Source of the DNA: Actinomycetota bacterium
GTDB lineage: Bacteria > Actinomycetota > Thermoleophilia > Solirubrobacterales > Solirubrobacteraceae
Assembly: GCA_019348435.1 (NCBI GenBank)
Contig: JAHWJM010000001.1
Location: forward strand, 1 to 24,653
Direction: 5' to 3'
Length of the DNA stretch: 24,653 nt
Made by a program: the position numbers and the translations under genes. Of the stretch, positions 8,553 through 16,650 are shown piece by piece. Under the pieces are notes generated by a model that saw only the letters and a program-made list of their open reading frames with translations, searched no databases and was not told where the DNA came from. Position 1 is the stretch's first letter. Each line of letters starts with the position of its first letter.

Positions 8553-9280
8553 GACCTACCACCAGCACCGGCGCCGAGCGGGTGGAGGTTCTGCTGCGCG
8601 AGCGCAGCGAGGCCAACGCCCGCTTCTTCACGGCTGAGGCCGACCGCCTCGCGCGCCTGTGCCACAAGATGGCCGAGCGCTTCGCGCGCGCCGGCCGGCT
8701 CGTCGCGTTCGGCGCCACGCCCGCCGACCGCTCCGACGCGCGCCACGTCGCGGTGGAGTTCGTTCATCCGGTCATCGTCGGCAAGAGCGCGCTCCCCGCC
8801 CTGGCGCTCGCCGGCGAGGGCGGGACAGTCGCCCACCAGGTCGCGCTGGAGGCGGAGGGCGACGACATCGCGATGGCCTTCGGCGGCCACCCCGACACGC
8901 TCGCGGCGCTCGCCGCGGCGCGGGAGCGCGGCTGCCTGACGGTGGCGTTCGTGCCGGACTCCGGCGCGGAGTGGGAGTTCGACCTCTCCTCCGTCGCGGA
9001 CCCGCTCATCCGCCAGGAGATCGTCGAGACGCTCTATCACCTGCTGTGGGAGCTCGTCCACATCTTCCTCGACCATCGCGGGCTGCTGGAGGGACGTGCG
9101 GCGAAGCCCGTGCACGACTCGGGCGCCTCGAGCTTTCTGTATCCGTTCCTGGGCCAGCAGGAGCACAACCTCGACGAGATCCTCGACGACGTGCGCAAGT
9201 CGATGCTGCTCAAGGCCGACGAGGTCACGGCGTTGCGCACGCAGACGCTGCACGACGGTCGCGACACGCTGCTGGCGGCC
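8549..9280 (+). pseudogene. Truncated SIS-domain (GmhA/phosphoheptose isomerase-like) gene of the type found in actinobacterial hydrogenase maturation clusters
   Basis: MAERFARAGRLVAFG, DARHVAVEFVHPVIVGK.ALPA and IRQEIVETLYHLLWELVHIF. Homology appears to end near DTLLAA, then the frame runs without a stop into an MFS-like fragment and antisense nfo (ORF to 10045). Confidence 0.72.
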
Positions 9281-9367
9281 GGCACCCCCAATGCCGAGGC
9301 GCTCGTGGACGGCTTCCGGCTCGCGCTGATCGTCGGCGCGGTGCTGGTCGGCGTGGCGATCGCGGTT
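9269..9367 (+). pseudogene. Short fragment resembling the last transmembrane helix of a DHA2-type MFS transporter
   Basis: LLAAGTPNAEALVDGFRLALIVGAVLVGVAIAV is a hydrophobic helix unrelated to SIS or nfo and similar to the A.L..GF..A...GA pattern of TM14. Short, so uncertain. Confidence 0.5.
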
Positions 9368-10033
9368 CGAGCCGAGCGGCGCCTGCGCGTCGTTCACGTG
9401 CAGGCAGCGCAGGCGGTCGAGGCCGACGATCCGCTCGAAGTCGTCGATCACCGCGTCGAGGCCCTCGCTCGTGCGCACGTCGTAACCGGAGGCGAGCAGG
9501 TGGCAGGAGTCCAGGCACAGGCCGAGGCGCTCGTCGTCGCCGGCGGCCTCGATCAGGGCAGCGAGCTCGCCGAAGGAGCGCCCGAGCGTGCCGCCCGAGC
9601 CGGCGGTGTTCTCCAGATGCAGCGCGCAGCCATCGCTCTGCGCGAGCGCCTCGGCGATGACCTCGCCCGCGCGGGTGATCGCCGCCCCGACGTCGCCGGT
9701 CTTCGCGGAGCCCGGATGCAGGACCACGGCGTGCGCGCCGAGCGCCGCGCCGGCCTGAAGCGAGGCGACCAGCGAGCGCAGCGTGTTCGCGCGGATCGTC
9801 TCGTCGGCGGAGGCCGGGTTGCACAGGTAGACGGCGTGGATCACGACCGAGCGGATCGGCCCGTCGGCCATCAGCGCGCGGAACTCGTCGACGTCGGGCT
9901 GCTTGTACTGCGTCGGGCGCCACATCCGCGGCGACTGGTTGAAGATCTGGATCGCCCGGGCGCCGCGCTCGAGCCCGCGCGCGACGGCCTTCACGGGACC
10001 GCCCGCCGGCGAGACATGGGCCCCGATCAGCAT
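9350..10033 (-). pseudogene. nfo: Endonuclease IV, C-terminally truncated after about 228 aa and fused to unrelated sequence
   Basis: MLIGAHVS, QIFNQSPR, VIHAVY, VLHPG, LENTAG, CLDSCH, LHVND and SNRDRHA are present. The expected remainder with the ETP motif is missing and the frame continues to a stop at 8339. Confidence 0.85.
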
Positions 10034-10054
10034 CTCGTAGGGTGATCGGTACGC

Positions 10055-11437
10055 ATGAGAGTCCGCTTTGCTCCTTCTCCGACCGGTGCGCTGCACATCG
10101 GCGGCGCCCGTACCGCGCTCTACAACTGGCTGCTTGCGCGGGGCGCCGGGGGGACCCTCGTGCTGCGTATCGAAGATACCGATCGCGAGCGCTCCACCCC
10201 CGAGAACGTCGAGCAGATCCTCGAGGCGCTCGAGTGGCTGCAGATCGACTACGACGAGGGCCCGATCAGCCAGGTCGCGCGCTCCGAGCGCCACGGCGAG
10301 GTCCTGCAGCGCCTGCTCGACGACGGCCGCGCCTACCGCTCGACCGCGACCGGCGACGACGTCAAGGCCTACAAGGCCGAGCACGGCGCCGAGCGCGGGT
10401 TTCGCGGCAGCGACGAGGGCGAGGGCGCGGTTCGGCTGCGCGTGCCCGACGAGGGCAGCACGATCGTGCACGACGTGATCCGCGGCGACACGGCCTTCGC
10501 CCACGTGCACCTCGACGACCCGGTCATCGCGCGTGCCGACGGCAGCGTCCTCTACAACTTCGCGGTCGCCGTCGACGACCTCGACGCACACATCACGCAC
10601 ATCGTCCGCGGCGAGGACCACCTCTCCAACACGCCCAAGCAGATCCTGCTCGTGCTCGAGGCCGTCGCCGCATCGGGCATCGCGGCGGAGACGGCCTCGA
10701 GCGACGGGGAGGCGGCCGGCGCGCCGGTCTACGCGCACCTGCCGCTGCTGCACGGGCCCGACGGCAAGAAGCTCTCCAAGCGCCACGGCGCCGCGTCCGT
10801 GCAGGATCTGCGCGACGCGGGCTACCTGCCCGAGGCGGTACGCAACTACCTCGCCCTGCTGGGCTGGGGCGACGCCGACGACGAGACGATCCTCTCGACG
10901 CCGCAGCTCGTCGAGCGCTTCAGCCTCCAGCGCGTCTCCAAGAACCCCGCCCAGTTCGACGAGCGCAAGCTGCGCTGGCTCAACGGCCGCTACCTGCGCG
11001 CGCTCTCCGTCGACGACCTGACCGCGCGCCTGGAGGCGTTCACCGGCCGCAGCGGGCTGCGCGATGCCGTCGAGATCTCGCGCGAGAAGATGCAGACCCT
11101 GGCGGACTTCTGGCCGCTGGCGGGGTTCATCTTCGATGGTCCCGCCGACGACGAGAAGGCGCACGCGAAGTGGCTCGACGACGACGGGCGCGCGGCGCTC
11201 GCGGACGCACGCGCAGCGATCGCGCAGCTCGACCCCTTCACGCTGGAGAACACGCAGGCCGCCTTGGAGGGCGTGGTCGCCGCCCGGAACAGCAAGCCCA
11301 AGCAGGTCTTTCAGCCGATCCGCGTCGCGCTGGCGGGAAGCGCGGTGTCGCCCGGGATCTTCGAGACGCTCAGCGTTCTCGGTCGCGACGAGGCGCTCGC
11401 GCGGATCGACGCGGCCCTCGAGCGCGACAACAAGTGA
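10055..11437 (+). CDS. gltX: Glutamate--tRNA ligase
   Basis: RFAPSPTGALHIGG (HIGH), LRIEDTD, HIVRGEDH and GKKLSKRHG (KMSKS). Confidence 0.96.
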   Translation: MRVRFAPSPTGALHIGGARTALYNWLLARGAGGTLVLRIEDTDRERSTPENVEQILEALEWLQIDYDEGPISQVARSERHGEVLQRLLDDGRAYRSTATGDDVKAYKAEHGAERGFRGSDEGEGAVRLRVPDEGSTIVHDVIRGDTAFAHVHLDDPVIARADGSVLYNFAVAVDDLDAHITHIVRGEDHLSNTPKQILLVLEAVAASGIAAETASSDGEAAGAPVYAHLPLLHGPDGKKLSKRHGAASVQDLRDAGYLPEAVRNYLALLGWGDADDETILSTPQLVERFSLQRVSKNPAQFDERKLRWLNGRYLRALSVDDLTARLEAFTGRSGLRDAVEISREKMQTLADFWPLAGFIFDGPADDEKAHAKWLDDDGRAALADARAAIAQLDPFTLENTQAALEGVVAARNSKPKQVFQPIRVALAGSAVSPGIFETLSVLGRDEALARIDAALERDNK

Positions 11438-11522
11438 CGGGTTGGGCCTCAACCATTCGTCTATAGCTGCCGATACCGGGTGTGCCCCAACGATCCCGAT
11501 CCGAAAGCAGGGACCGCCCACC

Positions 11523-12599
11523 ATGATCTCCACGCCCGCACGCACCACCGCGTCCAGCAGCGCGCCCGTCCAGCGCCATCACAACGAGGGCCACGGCCGC
11601 CGTCTGACCGCTGCGTTCGAGGCGCTCGAGGCCTTCCCGGCTCTGGCCGAGTCGCGCAACCGGCTGCTGCGCCTCGTCAGCGCCGATCACGTCTCACCGG
11701 CTGACATCGTCGCCACGGTGGAGTCCGACATCGCCCTCGTCGTCGCCGTCCTGCGGATGGCCAACCAGCTCGACGACCGCCGCCGCGGCCGCATCGAGTC
11801 CGTCGTCCAGGCAGTCGAGGTCCTGTCGCCGGAATCCGTTCAGGCGCTCGCCAGCCGCGCTCGCACCTTCGACTTCTTCGAGCGCTCATCGGTCTGGGAC
11901 AGCGCCCCGGAGCGCTTTCGCCTGCACGGCGTCGCCACGCAGCGCGCCGCCGACCGCCTCGCCAGCGAGGCCGGCTACGAGCACCGCGACCGCCTCATGG
12001 TCACGGCGCTGCTGCACGACATCGGCAAGCTCGTTCTCATGCACGCCTACCCCGGCTATCCCGACCAGGTCCACGGCGATGCCCGCACGCCGGAGGAGCG
12101 CATCCACCGCGAGCGCCGCGACCTCGGTGTCGACCACGCGCTCGTCGGCGGCGTCCTCGCCCGCCGCTGGGGGCTGCCGAGCGCCGTCGCGTCGGCCATC
12201 GAGCGCCATCACTCCGAGGACGCGACGGGCGAAGCGGCCTTCGTGCGCCTCGCCGACATGCTTGCCCACTACGCCCAGGGCGGCCACGTCTCGCCGAACT
12301 CGCTGCTGAAGGTCGCGCGCTCGGTCGGCCTGGGGCCGGCGGAGCTGCGCGCCGTCATGTACGACCTGCCCTACCCGACCAGCGGGCGGCCCCGCCAGAT
12401 CGATCCGTGTCCGCTGTCGGGGCGCGAGGTGGAGGTCCTCAAGCGCCTCGCCGAGGGCAAGGTCTACAAGCAGATCGCCGCGGAGCTGCAGCTGTCGACC
12501 TCGACGGTGCGCACCCACCTGCACAACATCTACGGCAAGCTGGGTGCCGTCGATCGCGCGCAGGCGGTGCTGATCGCTACCGAGCGCGGCTGGCTGTAG
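11523..12599 (+). CDS. HDOD (HD-related) domain fused to a C-terminal LuxR-type HTH, one-component regulator (358 aa)
   Basis: SDIALVVAVLRMAN, ALLHDIGKLVL, GVDHALVGGVLARRWGLP...IERHH, then LSGREVEVL...KQIAAEL.LS.STVRTHLHNIYGKL. Start set at ATG 11523. Confidence 0.87.
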   Translation: MISTPARTTASSSAPVQRHHNEGHGRRLTAAFEALEAFPALAESRNRLLRLVSADHVSPADIVATVESDIALVVAVLRMANQLDDRRRGRIESVVQAVEVLSPESVQALASRARTFDFFERSSVWDSAPERFRLHGVATQRAADRLASEAGYEHRDRLMVTALLHDIGKLVLMHAYPGYPDQVHGDARTPEERIHRERRDLGVDHALVGGVLARRWGLPSAVASAIERHHSEDATGEAAFVRLADMLAHYAQGGHVSPNSLLKVARSVGLGPAELRAVMYDLPYPTSGRPRQIDPCPLSGREVEVLKRLAEGKVYKQIAAELQLSTSTVRTHLHNIYGKLGAVDRAQAVLIATERGWL

Positions 12600-12972
12600 G
12601 CCGCAACGGCCAGGGCGGCCCCGGCCGCCCGCGCCTGCGCGCGGTGAGCAGCCAGGCCAGCACAGCGAGGCCGATTCCTACGCAGTCGATCGCGACGTCG
12701 ACCGGGGAGCCATGGCGTCCGGCGACGAAGGACTGGTGGATCTCGTCGCTGGCGGCGTACAGGACGGCGATCACGGTGGCGAGGAGCGGACGGCGCCAAT
12801 CGACCGCCCGGGCGAGCGCCAGCCACAGCACCCCGAAGATCGCCACGTGGGCGATCTTGCGCAGCACGAGGTCCCACGTCCCGAGCCCCGAGCTCAGATC
12901 CGGCGTTGCCGAGAGCGCGAAGATCAGCGCCATCACCGTGAGCGGTGGGCCATAACGGCTGACGGGTCCCAT
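12577..12972 (-). CDS. VanZ-family membrane protein
   Basis: LRKIAHVAIFGVL, LYAASDEIHQSFVAGR and DVAID motifs. TACGCT lies 6 nt before the ATG. Confidence 0.88.
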   Translation of the reverse strand: MGPVSRYGPPLTVMALIFALSATPDLSSGLGTWDLVLRKIAHVAIFGVLWLALARAVDWRRPLLATVIAVLYAASDEIHQSFVAGRHGSPVDVAIDCVGIGLAVLAWLLTARRRGRPGPPWPLRPTASRAR

Positions 12973-12995
12973 AGGGTGAGCGTAGTGAGGCGCCG

Positions 12996-13388
12996 ATGAT
13001 CTCCATCACGACGAAATCGCCCTACGCCCTGCAGGCGCTCGCCGAGCTCGGCCGTGCCGGCGGCGCAGCGCCGGTGCCGATCGGCGAGCTCGCGCGCCGC
13101 CGCGACATCCCCGTCCAGTTCCTCGAGCAGCTCTTCGCGACGCTGCGCCGGGCCGGGATCCTGAAGTCCCAGCGCGGCGTCAAGGGCGGCTACAGCTTCG
13201 CCCGCGCCCCCAGTGACATCACGGTGCTGGAGATCGTCGAGCTGCTCGAGGGCCCGCTCGGCCGCGACGCGCAGGGGATCTTCGGCGACGCCGCCGCCGC
13301 CGCACGCGACGTCCTCGCCGCCAGCACGATCGCCGACGTCATCGAGCGCGAGGCGCGCGCGGCGGGGGTCGCGATGTACCACATCTAG
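12996..13388 (+). CDS. Rrf2-family transcriptional regulator, cysteine-free (CymR-like)
   Basis: FLEQLFATLRRAGILKSQRGVKGGYSFAR and ITVLEIVELLEG. No Cys, so no Fe-S ligands. Near cysK/cysE. Confidence 0.9.
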   Translation: MISITTKSPYALQALAELGRAGGAAPVPIGELARRRDIPVQFLEQLFATLRRAGILKSQRGVKGGYSFARAPSDITVLEIVELLEGPLGRDAQGIFGDAAAAARDVLAASTIADVIEREARAAGVAMYHI

Positions 13389-13392
13389 AGAC

Positions 13393-13417
13393 GGCCCCGC
13401 CGGTTGGCTTCGGGGCC
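13393..13417. terminator. GC-rich hairpin between convergent genes
   Basis: GGCCCCG (13393-13399) and CGGGGCC (13411-13417) inverted repeat, 4 nt after the rrf2 stop. Confidence 0.55.
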
Positions 13418-13440
13418 ACCGCGGCAACGCGCGCGCGACC

Positions 13441-13848
13441 TCAGAGCTGGAAGTGCAGCACGACCTCGGTGCCGCCGGCGGTGCCCTTGCGGATCTCGAA
13501 ATGAGCGGTCGCGTGCGCCATCACGCAGAGGCCGAGCCCGAGGCCGGGACTGTCGGCGCGGGGCGTCAGGCCCATCCCGTCGTCGTGGACGTGGACGACG
13601 ACGCAGTCGTCGCGGCCGCGCACGACGACCCGGACGTCCCCGGAGTCGGCGGCCGGGCGGTCGCGATAGGCGTGCTGGACCGCGTTCGTCACGGCCTCGC
13701 TCACTGCGAGGTTGATCTGCAGCAGCAACTCATCGTCGGCGCCGAGGTCGCGTGCCACGTCCCCGACGGCGCGCCGGACCGCCGGGACCTCCGACGCGAC
13801 GGCCGGATACCTGACGTCCAGCGCCGCTTGCTGCGAGGCCATGGGCAT
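13441..13848 (-). CDS. RsbW-like anti-sigma factor / Ser-Thr kinase (HATPase_c_2)
   Basis: LAVSEAVTNAVQHAY (N box), VHDDGMG (G1 box), GLGLGL (G2 box) and GGTEV. Confidence 0.88.
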   Translation of the reverse strand: MPMASQQAALDVRYPAVASEVPAVRRAVGDVARDLGADDELLLQINLAVSEAVTNAVQHAYRDRPAADSGDVRVVVRGRDDCVVVHVHDDGMGLTPRADSPGLGLGLCVMAHATAHFEIRKGTAGGTEVVLHFQL

Positions 13849-13935
13849 CTGTTCGGGCTACCCGCGCGTGGTCGAACGGTCACATCGAAGATGTCATCGT
13901 CCGCGCCGCTGCTCCGTCGCGGGTACCGTGGGGGC

Positions 13936-14859
13936 GTGGCAGCAATCCCGGTCAGCATTGCCGACTATGTCGGACGCACCCCGATGCTCGAGCTCACCCG
14001 CATGGCGCCGCCTGACGTGCGGCTGTTCGGCAAGCTCGAGTCGTTCAATCCCGGTGGCAGCGTCAAGGATCGCATCGGCGTCGCGATGATCGAGGCGGCA
14101 GAGGCCGACGGGCTGATCGAGCCGGGACGCACGACGATCGTCGAGGCGACCTCCGGCAACACCGGCATCGCGCTCGCGTTCGTCTGCGCGGCGAAGGGCT
14201 ACGACCTCGTGCTCACCCTGCCGCAGGGCATGAGCCGCGAGCGCGAGAGCCTGCTGCGCCTGTACGGCGCGCGCGTCGAGATCACCGAGTCGCTGGGCGG
14301 CATGAACGAGGCCGTCGACGCCGCGCGCGCGATGGCGACTGATCCGGACGTCTTTCTGCCCGACCAGTTCTCCAACCCGGCCAACCCCGGCGTCCACCGC
14401 CGCACGACCGGCCCCGAGCTGTGGGACGCGCTGGACGGCAAGCTCGACGTGCTCGTCTGCGGCGTCGGGACCGGCGGCACGATCACCGGCGCCGGCGAGT
14501 TCCTCAAGGAGCGCAACCCGCAGCTCACGGTCATCGCGGTCGAGCCGGCAACCTCGGCGGTCCTCTCCGGCCGCGCCCCGGGCCCGCACAAGATCCAGGG
14601 GATCGGAGCCGGCTTCGTGCCGCCCGTCCTCAACCGCGAGATCATCGACGAGGTCGTCGCCGTCGGCGACGAGGACGCGATCGAGACCGCGCGCGACATC
14701 GCGCGCCGCGAGGGTCTGCTCGTGGGGATCTCCTGCGGCGCCGCGGTGGCCGCCGCGATCGAGGTCGCCCGTCGGCCGGAGTGCAAGGGCAACCGGATCG
14801 CCGTCGTGCTGCCGGACTCCGGCGAGCGCTACGTCTCGACGCCCTTCTTCGCGCCGTGA
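13936..14859 (+). CDS. cysK: Cysteine synthase A (O-acetylserine sulfhydrylase)
   Basis: KLESFNPGGSVKDR (PLP lysine), EATSGNTGI, GVGTGGT and HKIQGIG. Start GTG 13936 lies 6 nt after TACCGT. Confidence 0.95.
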   Translation: MAAIPVSIADYVGRTPMLELTRMAPPDVRLFGKLESFNPGGSVKDRIGVAMIEAAEADGLIEPGRTTIVEATSGNTGIALAFVCAAKGYDLVLTLPQGMSRERESLLRLYGARVEITESLGGMNEAVDAARAMATDPDVFLPDQFSNPANPGVHRRTTGPELWDALDGKLDVLVCGVGTGGTITGAGEFLKERNPQLTVIAVEPATSAVLSGRAPGPHKIQGIGAGFVPPVLNREIIDEVVAVGDEDAIETARDIARREGLLVGISCGAAVAAAIEVARRPECKGNRIAVVLPDSGERYVSTPFFAP

Positions 14860-14911
14860 CGGCGCGGGCGCCGCTCTCGGGCCCGGCGTAGCACACGGGT
14901 ACGCTGTCGGG

Positions 14912-15652
14912 ATGTTCGGCCTGGGCACCCTCTCGCGCGTGGTCGGCGAGGTCCGGCGCGACGTGGCGGCGGCGCACGCGCGCGACCCGGCGGCGCGCGG
15001 CGCCGGCAGCGGCGAGATCCTGACGAGCTGGCCCGGCGTGCAGGCGGTGCTCGCCCACCGGGTGGCCCACGGGCTGCACGCGATGGGCGTGCCGCTGCTG
15101 CCGCGGACGCTGTCGATGGTCTCGCGCACCTGGACGGGGATCGAGATCCACCCGGCTGCGACGATCGGCCAGGGCTTCTTCATCGATCATGGCGCGGGCG
15201 TCGTGATCGGCGAGACCGCCGAGATCGGCAACGACGTCACGCTCTACCAGGGCGTGACGCTCGGCGGGACGGGTTTTCAGACCGGCAAGCGCCATCCGAC
15301 GCTCGAGGACAACGTGACGGTCGGCGCGGGCGCCAAGCTGCTGGGGGCGATCACGGTGGGGCACGGTGCGAAGGTGGGCGCGAACTCCGTCGTCATCAAC
15401 GACGTCCCGCCGAACACGACCGTCGTCGGCAACCCCGGCCATCCCGTCCGCGTCGAGGGCAAGCCCGTGGAGGGTCCCGACACCGACTGGATTCACCTGC
15501 CCGACCCGATCGCCGATGCGATCACGCGCCTGTCGGCTCGGATCGCCGAGCTCGAGGGCGAGGTCTCCCGCCTGGCGGGATCCGAGCGCGAGCACGTCGC
15601 CGAGGTGCGGCCGCTGCGCCCGGCGCAGGGCCCGAGCCCCGCCGGCGGCTGA
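14912..15652 (+). CDS. cysE: Serine O-acetyltransferase
   Basis: GIEIHPAATIG, FFIDHGAGVVIGET, YQGVTLGGTG and KRHPT hexapeptide repeats. TACGCT lies 6 nt before the ATG. Confidence 0.95.
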   Translation: MFGLGTLSRVVGEVRRDVAAAHARDPAARGAGSGEILTSWPGVQAVLAHRVAHGLHAMGVPLLPRTLSMVSRTWTGIEIHPAATIGQGFFIDHGAGVVIGETAEIGNDVTLYQGVTLGGTGFQTGKRHPTLEDNVTVGAGAKLLGAITVGHGAKVGANSVVINDVPPNTTVVGNPGHPVRVEGKPVEGPDTDWIHLPDPIADAITRLSARIAELEGEVSRLAGSEREHVAEVRPLRPAQGPSPAGG

Positions 15653-15658
15653 CGCACG

Positions 15659-16513
15659 TCAGTAGTAGACCGTGCGCGTCCTGTGCCGCGGCCGGGACTT
15701 GTACTGCGGCGCCTGGCCGCGGCTCCACAGCCAGTTGTCGAGCTCGTGCTCGCTGGCGCCGACGCGCGCTGCGATGAGCTCGCAGGCGCGCACCGCGCAC
15801 GCGCGGATCTCGCGCTCGCGCCGCCCCGCCGGCAGCAGGCGCCCGCTGTCGACGTGCGCCGCGAGATCGTCGTCGTAGCGCAGTACGCCGTCGCAGCGCA
15901 GGACGTGCGGCACGAGGTTGTCGGCGAAGATCGTCAGGCGGTGCAGGTCCTTGAAACGCGCCACGCCGGCGAGCGCGAGGTCCGCCGCCGCGATCTGCGC
16001 GCGCTTGTAGAAGCCGCGGTCGGCGAACAGCGTCATCGAGCCCGCGAGCTCGGCGGCCAGCGCCTGCGCCGACCCGCGCGCGCCGCCGACGACGGCGAGC
16101 GCATCGCGATCGCCGAGGAAGCGACCGAGCTCGCGCAGCGCCTGCGCGTAGAGCGCCATGAGCTCGTGGTCGCGCGGCTGGCCGAGCGTCTCGGCGATCT
16201 CGGCGGTGCCGATCGTGCGCAGCTGCGCCGGCGTCCACGGGCCGTGGGCCCGGAAGCGATCGGCGAGCGCCCAGGCGACGGTGAAGTAGCCCGACGAGCC
16301 GGCGCGCTTGCGCAGCGTCGGAAACCAGCCCGAGCCGAAGTTCACCGCGTCGAGCGTGAGGAAGTAGGCGGCAACCTCAGCGGGCGACCCCTCGAGGTAG
16401 TGGCGCAGCGGGTCCAGCGCCGGGGGCGGACCGGGCTCGACGTGCGCGATGGCGTCAAGCTCGATCGTGACCGACTGCGCGCCGGCGGCGAGCTGCGCGC
16501 ACGAGGCGCGCAC
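15659..16513 (-). CDS. Queuosine salvage hydrolase family (DUF2419 / QNG1-like)
   Basis: LDAVNFGSGW, FYKRAQIAAADL, LTIFAD..VPHVL...GVLRY, EREIRAC and LDNWLW, matching the Q_salvage family pattern. Start uncertain. Confidence 0.85.
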   Translation of the reverse strand: MRASCAQLAAGAQSVTIELDAIAHVEPGPPPALDPLRHYLEGSPAEVAAYFLTLDAVNFGSGWFPTLRKRAGSSGYFTVAWALADRFRAHGPWTPAQLRTIGTAEIAETLGQPRDHELMALYAQALRELGRFLGDRDALAVVGGARGSAQALAAELAGSMTLFADRGFYKRAQIAAADLALAGVARFKDLHRLTIFADNLVPHVLRCDGVLRYDDDLAAHVDSGRLLPAGRREREIRACAVRACELIAARVGASEHELDNWLWSRGQAPQYKSRPRHRTRTVYY

Positions 16514-16650
16514 GGCATCTGTCAGGCCTGCGGCGATGGGGCTCCCGGTTGGCTCGGCGACGCGCGACCTTCAGGCGCGAGTGTACGCCTGCATCTGGCG
16601 TGCCGCGGCGCCGTCGGGTGCCTCCGATCGCGCGCCTATGCTCCGGGGAC

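Noticed and set aside
11438-11522. Possible c-di-GMP-I riboswitch before the HDOD gene (CCGAAAGCAGGGACCGC)
   Set aside because: Only a GAAA...GGGAC fragment resembles the motif. The GGCAAAC and GCAAA elements and the P3 stem are missing and the ATG follows immediately.
8339-11548. 1069-aa - strand ORF as a single large protein
   Set aside because: Composite of antisense gltX, true nfo (from ATG 10033) and antisense MFS/SIS sequence.
13849-13880. SigB/SigF-type promoter for the anti-sigma gene (GTTC...GGGTAG on the - strand)
   Set aside because: The -10-like GGGTA is present but the spacing to GTTC is only 10 nt, too short for the known consensus.
13872-13888. LexA/SOS box-like TCGAAC
   Set aside because: The second half-site (GTTCGA) is absent at the 4-nt spacing.
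16514-16650. Hairpins in the region between the Q-salvage gene and pcrA (e.g. CAGGCG...CGCCTG)
   Set aside because: Short GC stems with no ncRNA or riboswitch signature.
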